Positions 14,039 to 27,550 of a stretch of DNA of 64,000 nucleotides are shown here, in pieces. Origin of the DNA: Octopus sinensis (Eukaryota). Made by a program: the position numbers and the translations under genes. Every line of letters starts with the position of its first letter. Position 1 is the first letter of the stretch. Location of the stretch: the NCBI RefSeq assembly GCF_006345805.1, contig NC_043019.1, forward strand, positions 28,085,360-28,149,359, in the 5' to 3' direction. A model generated the notes under the pieces. It had not been told where the DNA came from and did no database searches. It saw only the letters and a program-made list of their open reading frames with translations.

Positions 14039-17000
14039 GGGAGTGAGCTGGTAGAATGGTTAGCTCAGTGGAAAAATGCTTAGTGGCATTTCTTTCAACT
14101 CATTACTTTCTGAGTTCAAATCCCTCTGAAGTTATCGTTCGCTTTCATTTCTTTGGGGGAGTCAACAAAATTATATACAAGTCAAGTACTGGGATTGATC
14201 CAGTCACCAACTCACTCCTTCCCTAAATTCCAGGTCTTGTGCCTATCATCGAAAGGATTATCATCATCATCAATTTATCACTTTGAGGATTATATTATTC
14301 CTGTTAGTCCAGCATTGTCAGGATTACCTCCAATCAACATTTTATCAACTCAGGATCAGATTAACCATAGAGTATTAAGGGAAAAGAGGTACCACAGAGG
14401 GTTTTCTGGGGTTAGATTTACCATGTTACAAGTTTTAGAATATAACAGGGTTTTTTTTTCTCTAAAAAAGTGATGAAAATTTGCATCTTTCCCATGTTGT
14501 CCTGTTAACCCTTTCGTTACTGTATTTATTTTGAGATGTTCTGTGTTTCTTTCAATTATTTTAAATATAACAAAGAGTTTATTAAAATAACTTAGTTATC
14601 ATTAAGCTAGTGTTAGGAAGGTAAATTGTGATTAAGGCTTGGTAGAATATTTTAATTTAGAGTTTATGAAAACAAGACATTTTACCACAGAGCCAGAGCC
14701 GGTTTTGGCCGGGTTAGTAACAAAAGGGTTAAATAATTCTGTCAGTCTACTTTTATTTAAAAGGCTTCAGTCAATTCAAGGCTTTGGTGAATGACACTTG
14801 TCCAAGATGCCACATAGTGTAGCTTATGAATTGGGGTACCCAGGACTGAACCTGGGAGCTCCTAGTTGCAAAGTGAACTTGCTAACCATTCGGCCATGTT
14901 GTGTTCTTATGTATACAGATATGGACAGATATAAACACAGATATACAGTTATATACACACAGACATAGATATGGATAAACAGATATAGACACACACAGAA
15001 ACGAACAGGCACATATCTAAATGCTCTTACGCACATAATCAGTCACACAAAATCACTGATGCACAGACACATGCTAATTTACCTCATAGATATACATAGA
15101 AATTAAACACAAACACATATAGACACTAATATATATATAGACAGACACACCACACATTTAAGAGGAATGAAAAAGAGATAAGAGAATGATGTAACTTACT
15201 TGCCGTCCAGCTCTAAAGAACTCCCAGATCCTTGACTGAGTCTTCTGTGAATCGATGAAAGTGGGGCAGAGAAGTTATCATCCATCACCATATCATCCGA
15301 TAGAAAAGACGACTGTGAGTCCGTTGCCTTTAAGAGAGGCTTCCTGCCAAATTTGAACTCAAGACCAGTCTCATCGCTATGATAAGGTGAAGCCGTTTTT
15401 GATTTCTCCTTTGATGAATTGTCTTTGCTCTGACTATTGTTGTTGTTGAGTCTCCCCGAAGACTTTGGGCTTGATTTGTCCTCTGCGGAGCCATCAAGGC
15501 CAGAGGCTGAGCCCAAGTTTGTAATAGTTGAGTCTGACTGTCCGTAGCCATTCATCTGTAGCCTATCTCTGGTTGTTAAGTAGCTGGGAGAGTCTAAACT
15601 GGATCTGGTGGGGAGGTCAAAGGAGTCGTTCTGTATAGAACAAGGGGACGAACTGATGGAGCTGATTTGATCATCATCATCACTGAACGTCACTATATTA
15701 GGCAGTTTCTTCTTTTTCTTTCGGTCTCGCTTCCTTTCTGGAATTGCAATTAGATGAAGATGAAAACTATGTTGATGATGGTAACAATGATAATGATGGC
15801 AATCATATTGAGAATACTATTAAAGTTGCTACTATTTCTAATGATAATGGTGACGGTGATAATAAAATAATAATGAAATTATTGTATACAGTGCTCAGGT
15901 GCACCACAACATGTCAGAAAGTGCATATAAAGCATATGCAGTAATGTAGAAATGTCTGGAAAGTGAACAATGTATGAGTCAGATACATGCCTGTGTGTGT
16001 ATGGAGGGGAGAAAATCAAGTGTAGTGTTGGCGAATCTCAGGAAGCATGGAAGTTTTGAAGGATGCAGTGCTCCGACAACTAACAACTGATGCCGGCAGT
16101 TTGTTCCATGCTTCAGCAACTCTCAGCATGAAAAAATGTTTCCTGAAGTCATGGGAGCTGTGCTGTTTTCTTACTTTGTAAATATGTCCACGGGTGTTAG
16201 ATGGGTGGAGTTCAAAAAGGTGCTCAGAGTTATTGTTTGTACGATGGTTGATAATTTTATGGTGTCTGCCAGTCAGCTGCCAGACGTCGGAGTTTCAACG
16301 TGTCCATGCCCAGGGAAGTAAGGCGTTCAGGATATGGCAAATGCCTGATGGAGGGTATTCTTTTGGTTGCACGTCGCTGAACAGCTTCCAGACGATTGAT
16401 ATCCTAGGCAAGATAGGGGTTCCAGACCGTGATGCAAATTCCAGGTGAGGTCTTACCATAGCTATATAAAGCTGCAGATAGATAGCCGGAGAGCGGCTCA
16501 CAAAGGATTTGGTGAGTGATGCCAAGACACCCTCAGCCTTCTGATGATGATAATGATTACATTCACTGAAGCTAATGTTGTTTTGTTGAGTACCCAGGTG
16601 AACCCTCATCAAATAGACCAATGATTAAAGGCTTCCCATCTGTGACCATACCATCTGTCCCTTTCAGACATAATACATTTACAATATTATTCAGTGTCTT
16701 TCCCTTTCTTAAGAGAGTGTGATAGGAGGGGGTGCTACTATTTCTAGCATGTAGAGGCTTCCTCATTGGTTTGCTATTACTAATACAGTTATCTGACATA
16801 GCAATGATAAAAATTCTTCTCTCAGACAGAATATTTTCAGTTTACAAAATACCGACAAAATTGTTGGTTCAGCTTCACATGGCCTAATGGATAAGGTGTC
16901 TAACTTCAAATCAGAAAATTGCAAGTTCAAGTCTCGTTGTAGTCATAGATAATATTAGGGTGACCACATAAACTAATGTATAAGGTGTCTGACTCTGAAA

Positions 17001-20000
17001 CAAAGGTTGCAAGTTCAAGTCTCATTGTAGTCACAGATAATCTTAAGGTGACTGCATGGCCTAATGGATAAGACATTTGACTTCAAATCAGAAGATTGTG
17101 AGTTCAAGTCTTGTTATGGTCATGTGTTTACAATTTTACCACTGCTTTTGGTTACAATTTCTGCAGAGAAAAGTTCACTTCCTGCACTTTACTCAAAATA
17201 GTAACCATCATCATCATCAACGTTTTAACGTCCACTTTCCCATGCTTGAATGGGTTAGACAGAATTTATTGAAGCAGATTTTCTATGGTCAGAAGCCCTT
17301 AATGTAGTCAACCCTCACCTGTTTCCAAGTAAGGTAATATTTCCTCATAAAACAGAATATTTTCACAGAATATAGTGATACTCATAAGTATTATGTGATG
17401 CCAAGACAAGGAGACAATAACACACACACACACATATATAATGGGCTTCTTTCAGTTTTCTTCTACCAAATACACTCACAAGGCTATAGTGGAAGACACC
17501 TGCCCAAAGTGCCATGCAGTGGGACTGAACTTAGAACCATGTGGTTAGGAAGTAAATTTCTTACCACACTTATACTTAATGATCTTGATAGTTGATTAGC
17601 TTAGTGTATTTGATTGATCATTTGATCACACACATACACACACTATGTTATTCTGAAAATATATGTCACAAACATTCTTCCAAGTTTTCTTGCATAATTC
17701 AAGAAAATACCAGTAATACACAAGGGAATAATGGTTCAGTAAATAAATTGCTACTCATCCCCTTGTACTAAAAACAAATAGGAAAAAAAGAAAAGGCATG
17801 GAAATATGATAGCAAGACATGGTACTGGGTCAATCAAAAGACAAGAATATAAAACTTACCGCTAATGGTTGGTTTATTGGTTGATATGATTGGTTTGATG
17901 TCTGCTTTATTTTCAGGCTTTACCTTTTCCCCAGTGATTGCTTGTGGTATCCCCGAACTGAGTGGGGAATTTATTTCAGGATTGTCAATTATCAAGGCAA
18001 ACAATATTGAACCAAGCCCTGCAAGCCATGAAAATATTTTTATTATATTTCCAAAGTCTTTAACTCTGTTGTTGACATCATAAGAATTTCTAAAGTTTCA
18101 AAAGAACATGAAATAATTCTCTTTGGGAAGACTGCATCTCAACACACACACACCCTGGCTCTTCATTCGTTACAAGGATGAGTATTCCAGGTGATCCGAT
18201 CAATGGAACAACTTGCTCTTGAAATTAATGGGCAAGTGGCTGAGCACTCCACAGGCATGCATACCTATTTCTTTACTACCCACAAGGGGCTAAACACAGA
18301 GAGGACAAACAAGGACAGACAAACAGATTAAGCCGATTATATTGATCCCCAGCGCGTAACTGGTACTTATTTAATCGACCCCAAAAGGATGAAAGGCAAA
18401 GTCGACCTCGGCGGAATTTGAACTCAGAACATAACGGCAGACAAAATACTGCTAAGCATTTCACCCGGCGTGCTAACATTTCTGCCAGCTCATCGCCTTT
18501 AGGCATGCATACCCTTAACATAGTTCACAGGGAGGTTCAGTGTGACACATTGAATGTGACAAAATGGGCCCTTTGAATTACAGGTACGACTCCTTTTTGC
18601 CAGCTGAGTGGACTGGAGTAACATGAAATAAAGTGTCTTGCACACATAAAGCTATAAATAATGCCTTGTAAATCTCTTTTGGATAGCACCTGCCTTGTTT
18701 ACAGGTGGTATGGGTTCATATCCCACAGGCAGCCTTCAGCTTTTGCAATCCCAAAGGGTTTTTCAACTCAATATTTATAATTTTATCTCTGTGTTTAACT
18801 GGGTCTAAGATTATCAAATGTTTCCTTCTGCTCTTTGTTTGGTTTCTTCTTCAGCAATGTCACAATTGCAAATGTTCCCTTCCAGTTTACTGCCAGATAC
18901 AATAGGCATCTACCAAGACAAGAGTGAATAAATTCAGTAAGAAACAATAAAGCTGGTTGGGGAGATTAACCATTCCCAGAACTTCTTTCTCTTCGTACAG
19001 TTGCTCAAAGTATCCGCTATTTTAGCAGAGCTTTACCTTTTCTATTGACAGTTGCAGAACAGTGTGTCTGTCACAACTTGAGAAAAGTTCAGCACAGCCT
19101 GGAATCTACCACTTGGAACCAGATAACACACATTCACCTTGGTCAGTCTCAAAACTTAGAATTCATTCCACCTTGGTGGAATTTGAACTCAGAATGTAAA
19201 GTCAGATGAAATGCCTCTCAGCATTTCGTCCGGTGTGCTAACAATTCTGCCAGCTTATGCCTTAATAATAATCCATTCTGTTATAGGCAGAAGGCCTGAA
19301 ACTCATGGGGAGGGGATTAGTTGATTATATTGACCCCAGTGCTCAGCTGGTACTCATTTTATCGATCTTGAAAGTATGAAAGGCAAAGTTGATCTTGGCA
19401 GAATTTGAGCTCAGAATGTAGCGTCAGGTGTGTTAATGATTCTGCCAGCTCACGGCCTTAATAATAATAATAATTATCATGATAGCTCACCTGCTGCCAT
19501 ATTGGGTAGCATACTGCTTCGTTCTTGATCTCTAAGAAACGACCAATCTTCATAATATTGACTGAAAGATAAAAAGGAACACATTATCTCTAGATTGTGT
19601 ATGAGGTCTGTCTAAAAAAAAGAATGGGACTTCTTAAAAACAAATGTTCTTGCTTTATTTACAATTTAACCAATCTGGTCTCCATCAAAATAAATTTCCC
19701 CTGCCCACCCGCTCTCCTCTTCAACTAGTATTCCTTGTTTTTGCCAGTTTTGGAATGCATCCTGGAATACATTTTCAGGAGCAATGCACAGTTCTTGCAG
19801 TAAATTTGCTTCAATCAGAATTTTCTTCAAACATCTGGAATTGGTGACCTTTCAGTGTGGATTTCGATTTTGGAAACAAAATAAAAAGTCCACATTTGAG
19901 AGGACACAACTCTGATATTATAGGCATGTCATTAGAATGTTGCAGGAATGACTCACAAGATGGAATCTTCAAGTCAAACAGCAGGAGACCTATGTGTAGA

Positions 20001-23000
20001 CAGTTGGTTACGGTTGGGAATCTAGCCAGAAAGTCTAATGACAGTTTCTTCTGGAAGACTCAACTCCTAATTACCTTCTTAGAAATAGTAGGTGGAGAAG
20101 GTGGATGGAAATAAAAGTCAGCAGAATTCCAAATCCAGAGAGTAGGACAACTGAGGCATGAGAACCATCTTGTACTTTTTTCCAAAAGTTCACAGAGAAG
20201 AGGAGATGCCTGAGTAGTTGTGTTACGCTGCAGCATGGTCTCTTCTTTTACAGGATATCCAAGTAAAATTCTTTACAGACCCTCTGACCATATAAAACAA
20301 ATATATCATGAAATATCACCCTTCCAGTAAAAATTAAAAAAGGTGATCAACATTACTTTCACATTTGAACAAATCTAACATGCCCTCTCTTTTGTTATAG
20401 AGACCCAACCCAATTGTTATAGAGACCCGACCCAATCGATAACTACCTTTTTATTTCCCTATCTTAGCTGTACACTGACATTATTTCACCTTTTGTGACA
20501 TTTTACAGAAAGTTTATGCTAGCATTTGAATGAATGATCAAACAGTCAAACAACTCTTAATGGACTATGGAAATGTCTTACTCAAGGATATAATGAGCTG
20601 CCTTGTCTAGGATTCAAACCCATAACCTGACAATCGTGAGCCCAATACGTTAACGACCATGCCACATGCCTTCATATAAACTGAACAAAATACACTAACA
20701 AAATCAAAGCACTCAAAGTAAGAAATGAAAAGAATGAAATGAAATCAAACAGTGTAAGGCTGTTAAGTTGTTACCTTAAAATGTCATCTTTCTCAATAAT
20801 CATGTGCATATAACGCTCCAGGCTGCGTTCATTGAGGGAAGCACGTAACCAGGCACGACCTCGGCCCATATCTGTGTTGATACTCTTCAGCAGCAGGAAA
20901 CGCTGCACCTCGTGTTTGGTCAGATGTTCTTTGATGTTCTGCCAGAAGGCTGCCAAGACAAATACAGAACAGTGTCAGCAGAGAGGTGTGTGGATGGGTA
21001 GGGAGGTATTATTGCAAGACAGTAAATTCGTTAGAGCTGAAATGGGCCAAATGTGGCCTGTACAACTTTCTGAATGGTATAACTAATCTTTTACTTGTTT
21101 CACTCATTAGACTGTAGTCATGCTGGGGCACTACTTTGAAGAATTTTAGTTGAACAAATCAACCACAGTACCTATTTTTTTTAGAGCCTAATACTCGTTC
21201 TATTGGTCTCTTTTTGCTGAACAGCTAAGTTACGGGTATGTAAACAAACCAACACCAGTTGTCAAGTGGTGGGGTGGGGACAAACATACACAAAGACACA
21301 CACACACACATATGTATATACATATACGACAGGCTTCTTTCAGTTTCCATCCACCAAATCCACTCAAAAGTCTTTGGTTGGCTTGAAGCTTGTCAAAGGT
21401 GTCACACAGTGGGAATGAACCCGGAATCATGTAGTAAGGAAGCAAACTTCTTACCACACAGCCACACCTGAAAAATAACCTTGAATTTTGTTTCTATTAG
21501 TGTGGCCTGCTTGATGATAAGTCATGTCTCATGTGGCCCACCTGATGGTGAGTTACATCTTGAGCAGTCAATTTCTCGAAAAAGGTTACCCATACTGGTG
21601 TTAGAGCATCAGAGAAAAATGCTCTGCAGCATTGTTCCAGCTCTTTACGTATCATCATCATCATCATCTTTTAACGTCTGTTATTCCATACTGGCATGGG
21701 TTGGACGGTTTGAATGAGGTCTGGAGAGCCAGCGACTGCACCAGGCTCCAATCTGATGTGACAAAGTTTTAACAGCTGAATGCCCTTCCTAATGCCAACC
21801 ACTCTCAGAGTGCAGTAAGTGCCACTCAGGCAGGCCTAGCATTGATCACATTTGGATGGTGTTTTTCATGTGCCACCGACACACTGAGTACAAATTCAGT
21901 CGGTGGGTACTGGAATTGGCCACATTTGGATGGTGCTTTTTATGTGCCACCAGCACACTGAGTACAAATTCTGTTGAGCTCAACGTTATCTTATATCACA
22001 CTGGGATCAATAAAATAAAACACCAATCAAGTTCTGTATTGACTAAGACCCCCACCTTATACCCTCAAATTTGTTGGTCTTGTGCCTAAATTAGAAGCCT
22101 CTGCTAATACTCATCATCATCATTTAACATGTTTTCTATGCTAGATGATGATAATTACTTGTGTATTCAAATTTATACTCATCATCATATAATACTTGTT
22201 TCTTTACTGCCCACAAGGGGCTACACACAGAGGGGACAAACAAGGACAGACAAATGGATTAAGTTGATTATATCGACCCCAGTGCATAACTGGTACATAT
22301 TTAATCAACTCCGAAAGGATGAAAGGCAAAGTCAACCTTGGCGGAATTTGAACTCAGAACGTAGCGACAGATGAAATACTGCTAAGCATTTCGCCCGGCG
22401 TGCTAACGTTTCTGCCAGCTCGCCGCCTTCATCATATAATACTATCATTATTAATTTATAATTGTCACTATTGCCACCACCACCACCACCATATCAGCAA
22501 CAATAACGAGCACCCATATGGTTCCTTGACTTGCAAGAAAAAGCAGCCAACTCTCACCAAATTACATCCTATTATCAACGTTAGCTGTCATCAAACGTTG
22601 GAAAACCTTTGATGACAGCTAATGTTGGGGTTACACAAGAATAGCAACAGTGACAACAATATTAAATTGTGCAAAAGTGTAATGAAAATCTAAATAAAAG
22701 TTTAGCAGATGCTTACCTGGATAGGGTTCCATGTCCACAAACCTTGTCACCTTGCGTAAACCTGTGATTTCTGACACCTGCCTGGAGTAGAATGGTAGAA
22801 GTGAGAGAGAGAGAAAGAGAGAGAGAGAGAGGGGGGAGAGAAAAAGAGGGAGAGGGAGTGAAGGAGAGAGGAAGGAGGAAGAGAGAGAGAAGGAGAGAGA
22901 GAATGAGAAAGAGAGAGAATGAGAAAGAGAGAGAGACACACACACAAAGGAGAAAGAGAGAAGAGAGAGTGAGAGAGAAAAAGAAAGAGAGGGAGAAAAA

Positions 23001-26000
23001 AGAGAAAGAGAGAGTAAAAGAGAGAGGAGAGAGAGGGGGGATATGTTTTTTCCAGCTGGGTGACCTTACAACTGTTCACCATTCATTTGTGACTGATGTA
23101 AGGAGTGGAACCTCAGTCAGAGATACTTTTCAGAGTGGAACTTCACATTGGCCCGAGTGGTTGGGTTTAAGGTTTAACCTATGTGACAAACAGCTTAGCA
23201 TGCTACCTTCATAGCCATTGTACCACTGAGTGAAAATGCAAAAATATTATCGTGAAATTTATCACTAAAACCCACTCACGAGAAAAAAAAAAAAAAACTC
23301 AAAATACAAACAAACAAAAAAACCAACTGAGTTGCCCAAAACATAAAAGGAAAACTTACTTGAGGGCAGAAAAAGCTTTATTGCTGTAACGCAAGCCATA
23401 CTGCAACACCGCCTCCCAGGCTGCACACAGACATGATACACTGCAGATGAAAAAATTAAATGAGAGAGTAATTTAAGAGGAAATGAACAAAGTTTTACGG
23501 ACATGTACTTGCATAGCAAGTGATTTGATCTGAGATCGTGTGCTGAAACAAAAACAATTGCAACGTGGAAGGTGTTTGTAAACCATTTAAGAAACACACA
23601 AAAGCCGTTCGATTCACTTCAACATTTAAGTTTAATTTGAACAAAGTTGTTTGGTTGAAACAGTTTGGCATTTCTCAGTAACAATGTCTTCTTCATGATC
23701 ACAGAGGGACAAAGAGAAAAAGAGAAAGAGAGATAGAAAGTGTGGGAGAGGAAGGAGGAAAGAAGAGAGAATAAAGATGGGAGGAAGGAATAGAGAGAGA
23801 TGTTTTTCCAGCTGGGTGACCTTACAACTGGTCACCATTCATTTGTGACTGATGTAAGGAGTGGAACCTCAGTCAGAGATACAGAGTGGAACTTCACATT
23901 GATTGATTGATTGATTCTAGTTTCAGCTCATGAGCTGTGGCCATGCTGGGGCACCGCCATTTAGGCCGCCATTGGCCTTCAAATCACAATAAAAAGGAAA
24001 AAAAAGTTTTGTTATTTCTTTTCTCCGCCCAAGAGCCTCAATTATAAAACCTTAGTATGGCATGAACCCAAAGGGGATAGAGATAATCGGTAAAATATCC
24101 TCTTAGAAATGTATGGATGCATTCAATTGGACATGAGGCAGTGAGAACAGCAATGTCATTGGTAGTGTGTGAGTGTAGGGATGCCTAACCTGGATACATC
24201 AGCTGAAAGAGTAAGAAAAAAACGGTGGTTTCTCACGTCATGCGGACTCATAAGGGTTGGTGATGGTGAAAGAGGTTGTGCAGTGGACAAGACAAGAAAG
24301 GATTAATCCAGACATTTTCCTCTTTGATCAAGAGTAGAGAGGATTAACCCTTTCATTACCAGCCTGGCCAAAACCGGCTCTGTAGTATAAACGTCTTGTT
24401 TTCATTAGTTTTTCATTAAAATTTACCACCAAACCTTAGTCACAATTTATGTCCCTAACATTAGCTTAATGACAGCTAAGTTATTTTACTAAATTCTTTG
24501 TTATATTTAAAATAATTGAAAGAAATTTTGAGCATCTCAAAATAAATACAGTAACGAAAGGGTTAATAACATGTTGGGGAAAAGGCAGCGAGCTAGCAGG
24601 GTCATTTGCATCATCATCATCATCATTTAGCGTCCGTTCTCCATGCTAGCATGGGTTGGACGGTTCAACTGGGGTCTGTGAAGCTGGAAGGCTTCATCAG
24701 GCCCAGTCAGATCTGGCAGTGTTTCTACAGCTGGATGCCCTTCCTAACGGCAACCACTCCGTGAAGGTAGTGGGTGCTTTTTACGTGCCACCCGCACAGG
24801 TGCCAGACAGAGCTGGTAAACGGCCACGAACGGATGGTGCGTTTACGTGTCACCGGCACGGGGGCTAGGCGAGGCTGGCAACGGACACGAACGGATGGTG
24901 CTTTTACATGCCACCAACACGGGGGCCAGACAGAGCTGGCAAACGGCCACGAAACGGATGGTGCTTTTACGTGTCACCGGCACGGGGGCCAGGTGAGGCT
25001 GGCAACGGACACGAATGGATGGTGCATGCTGGGTAAAATATTTAGCTGCATTTCTTCTGGTTTTAAGTTCTGAATTCAGATTCCACCCAGGTTGACTTTA
25101 CTTTTCATCCTTTCAGGGTCAATAAAATAAGCACCAGTTGCACACTGGGGTTGATGTAATCAACTCACCCTGCCTCTAACAAAATTTCAAGCCTTGTGCC
25201 TAAAGTGTAAGGAGTTATTATCATCCTGGGACACTTATTACCTTAAGTTTAAACAAAGATGAAAGAACATTGATTGAAAATTTGAGTGAGAGTATAAGCA
25301 TGAGAAGGAGAGAGAGAGAGAGAGAGTGAGAGAGAGAAAGAGAGATGTACATCTCTCTGGGTGGAGTGGTCTTTTATCTTAACTATTTCAGTTATTAGAC
25401 TGTGGCCATGTTGGGGCACTGTCTTGAATAAGTTTTAGTTGAATGAATCAACCCTACTACTTATTTTTTTTCTTTAAGCCTAGAACTTATTAAATCAGTC
25501 TCTTGGTGAACCACTCAGTTACAGGGACATAAACAAACCAACACAGGTTAAGTGAAGGAAGGAGACAAACACAGGCACGCACACACACATGACGGGGTTT
25601 TTTCAGTTTCCGTCTACCAAATCCACTCACAAAGCTTTGGTAGGGCCCAAAGCTATAGTAAAAGACTCTTACCCAAGGTGCCACACAGTGGGACTGAACC
25701 CGGAACCATGTGGTTGGTAAGCAAACTACTTATCACACAGCCACCATCTTTAAAGCTCTTACTTTATTTTAGAGAATTAGGTGACAGGTTTTCAACCCCC
25801 GCCCCTATCCCCAACCACTGCACACACATAAAAAATACATCTGTCCTATGGCACTCTTTTGCTTTGTTGTCATCCTTTATTATAAAATAGATTCACACAA
25901 TACACACAGTCACACAGCCAAAGAAACTTCAGGCTAACTTTATCAGAGCTGTATGTTGTCTATAGGAATCATACAGGTAATATATAATAACAACATGACC

Positions 26001-26972
26001 TACTACATCTGTTGATCTCTCACTATCACATGTCTGTCTATCTTTATCTCACACATACACACATTCGATAGTCTATACATCATTACATAGTGCCATGTAC
26101 CACCCACCGACTCACACGCATTAACACTAACACATAACACATATATACATGCTTGTGTTTTTTGGCACATACACAAACACACACACACATACTCAGGTAA
26201 AAACTGACACACTCAACCCATATATAACACATTTCCTTCCATTGTCTTATAATCTATATCAATATGATTCATGCCAGAAACTGACACAATACGCATACAC
26301 ATCTACACATTCACACACACACACACACACACACAAACAATGCCTAGTAATCTTTATAGATATGATTCACCCCACCCCCCACACACACACCTCCCTTTGG
26401 CTGCATTGAACACTTCAATACTACCAACAATTGATACGTTAGAAACCCATCCTCAAATACACTCTGCAACATGGTATCATGTAGGCATTAATATTTACCA
26501 GGCATAGCAGTGTGGCAAAAATTTTGCTTCTAACCACATGGTTCTAGGTTCAGTCTCACTGTGTGGCACATTAGGCAAGTTTCTTCTGCTATAATTGCTG
26601 GCCAACCAAAGCCCTGTGAATGGTGTTGGTAGAATGGAAACTGAGAAAAAAAAAAGTTGTTTGTTCTATGCAAAACCTATTCAGTGTTAGGTGAATCGAA
26701 TCCTGTGAAAATGAAGCATCCTGAAAATACTGCTACTTGGGACTCCAAGCTGCAAACGATTCTGCCAGCTTACTGTCTTAAGTCACAAATACTATATTCA
26801 TACCGCCACCACCAAATTTAAGACCAAAAGTTTAAAAAAGTAAGTTGAAACTGTAGGAGTCAACTAAGTGGACTTACCGGCTGTCCCCATCTGTGGCCAG
26901 TTCCCGCCGTCCACCAAATCGAACTTGACACTAGTGTTTGGAAATAGAAGAGAAAATTTGTTTTAATTTTCA

Positions 26973-27025
<53 letters not shown>

Positions 27026-27476
27026 ATATAATAATTACTTGAGGGAATATTATTCCTAACTTACAGGGAAAAATTCAATTTAGAAATACTAAATCAAATT
27101 TCACAAAATATAATATATATAAAAATTAGAAAAAAAACACCTTTTATCAATTCAAAATGAACAATTAAATTACACCATCTAGAAAATTACATATAATAGA
27201 AATATTAAAAATAAAATAACAATAATATACCGATGATTAAGTAAATTGCAAAATAATAATAATAAAAACATATATATATATACACATACACACATATACA
27301 TGTTTGTATACACACACTCACACAAATGGTTTTAATTCTTTTTTCTTAAGACTAAAACAATGCAAGTTATAAGAAATAATACAAGTCAATTGTTTGTACT
27401 TTTATCTTGTGTTTTGATATTCCAGGGTTAGGACCTATTTTTCATGAAATCTTTGGAGATAAGATGTCACATGATA

Positions 27477-27550
<74 letters not shown>

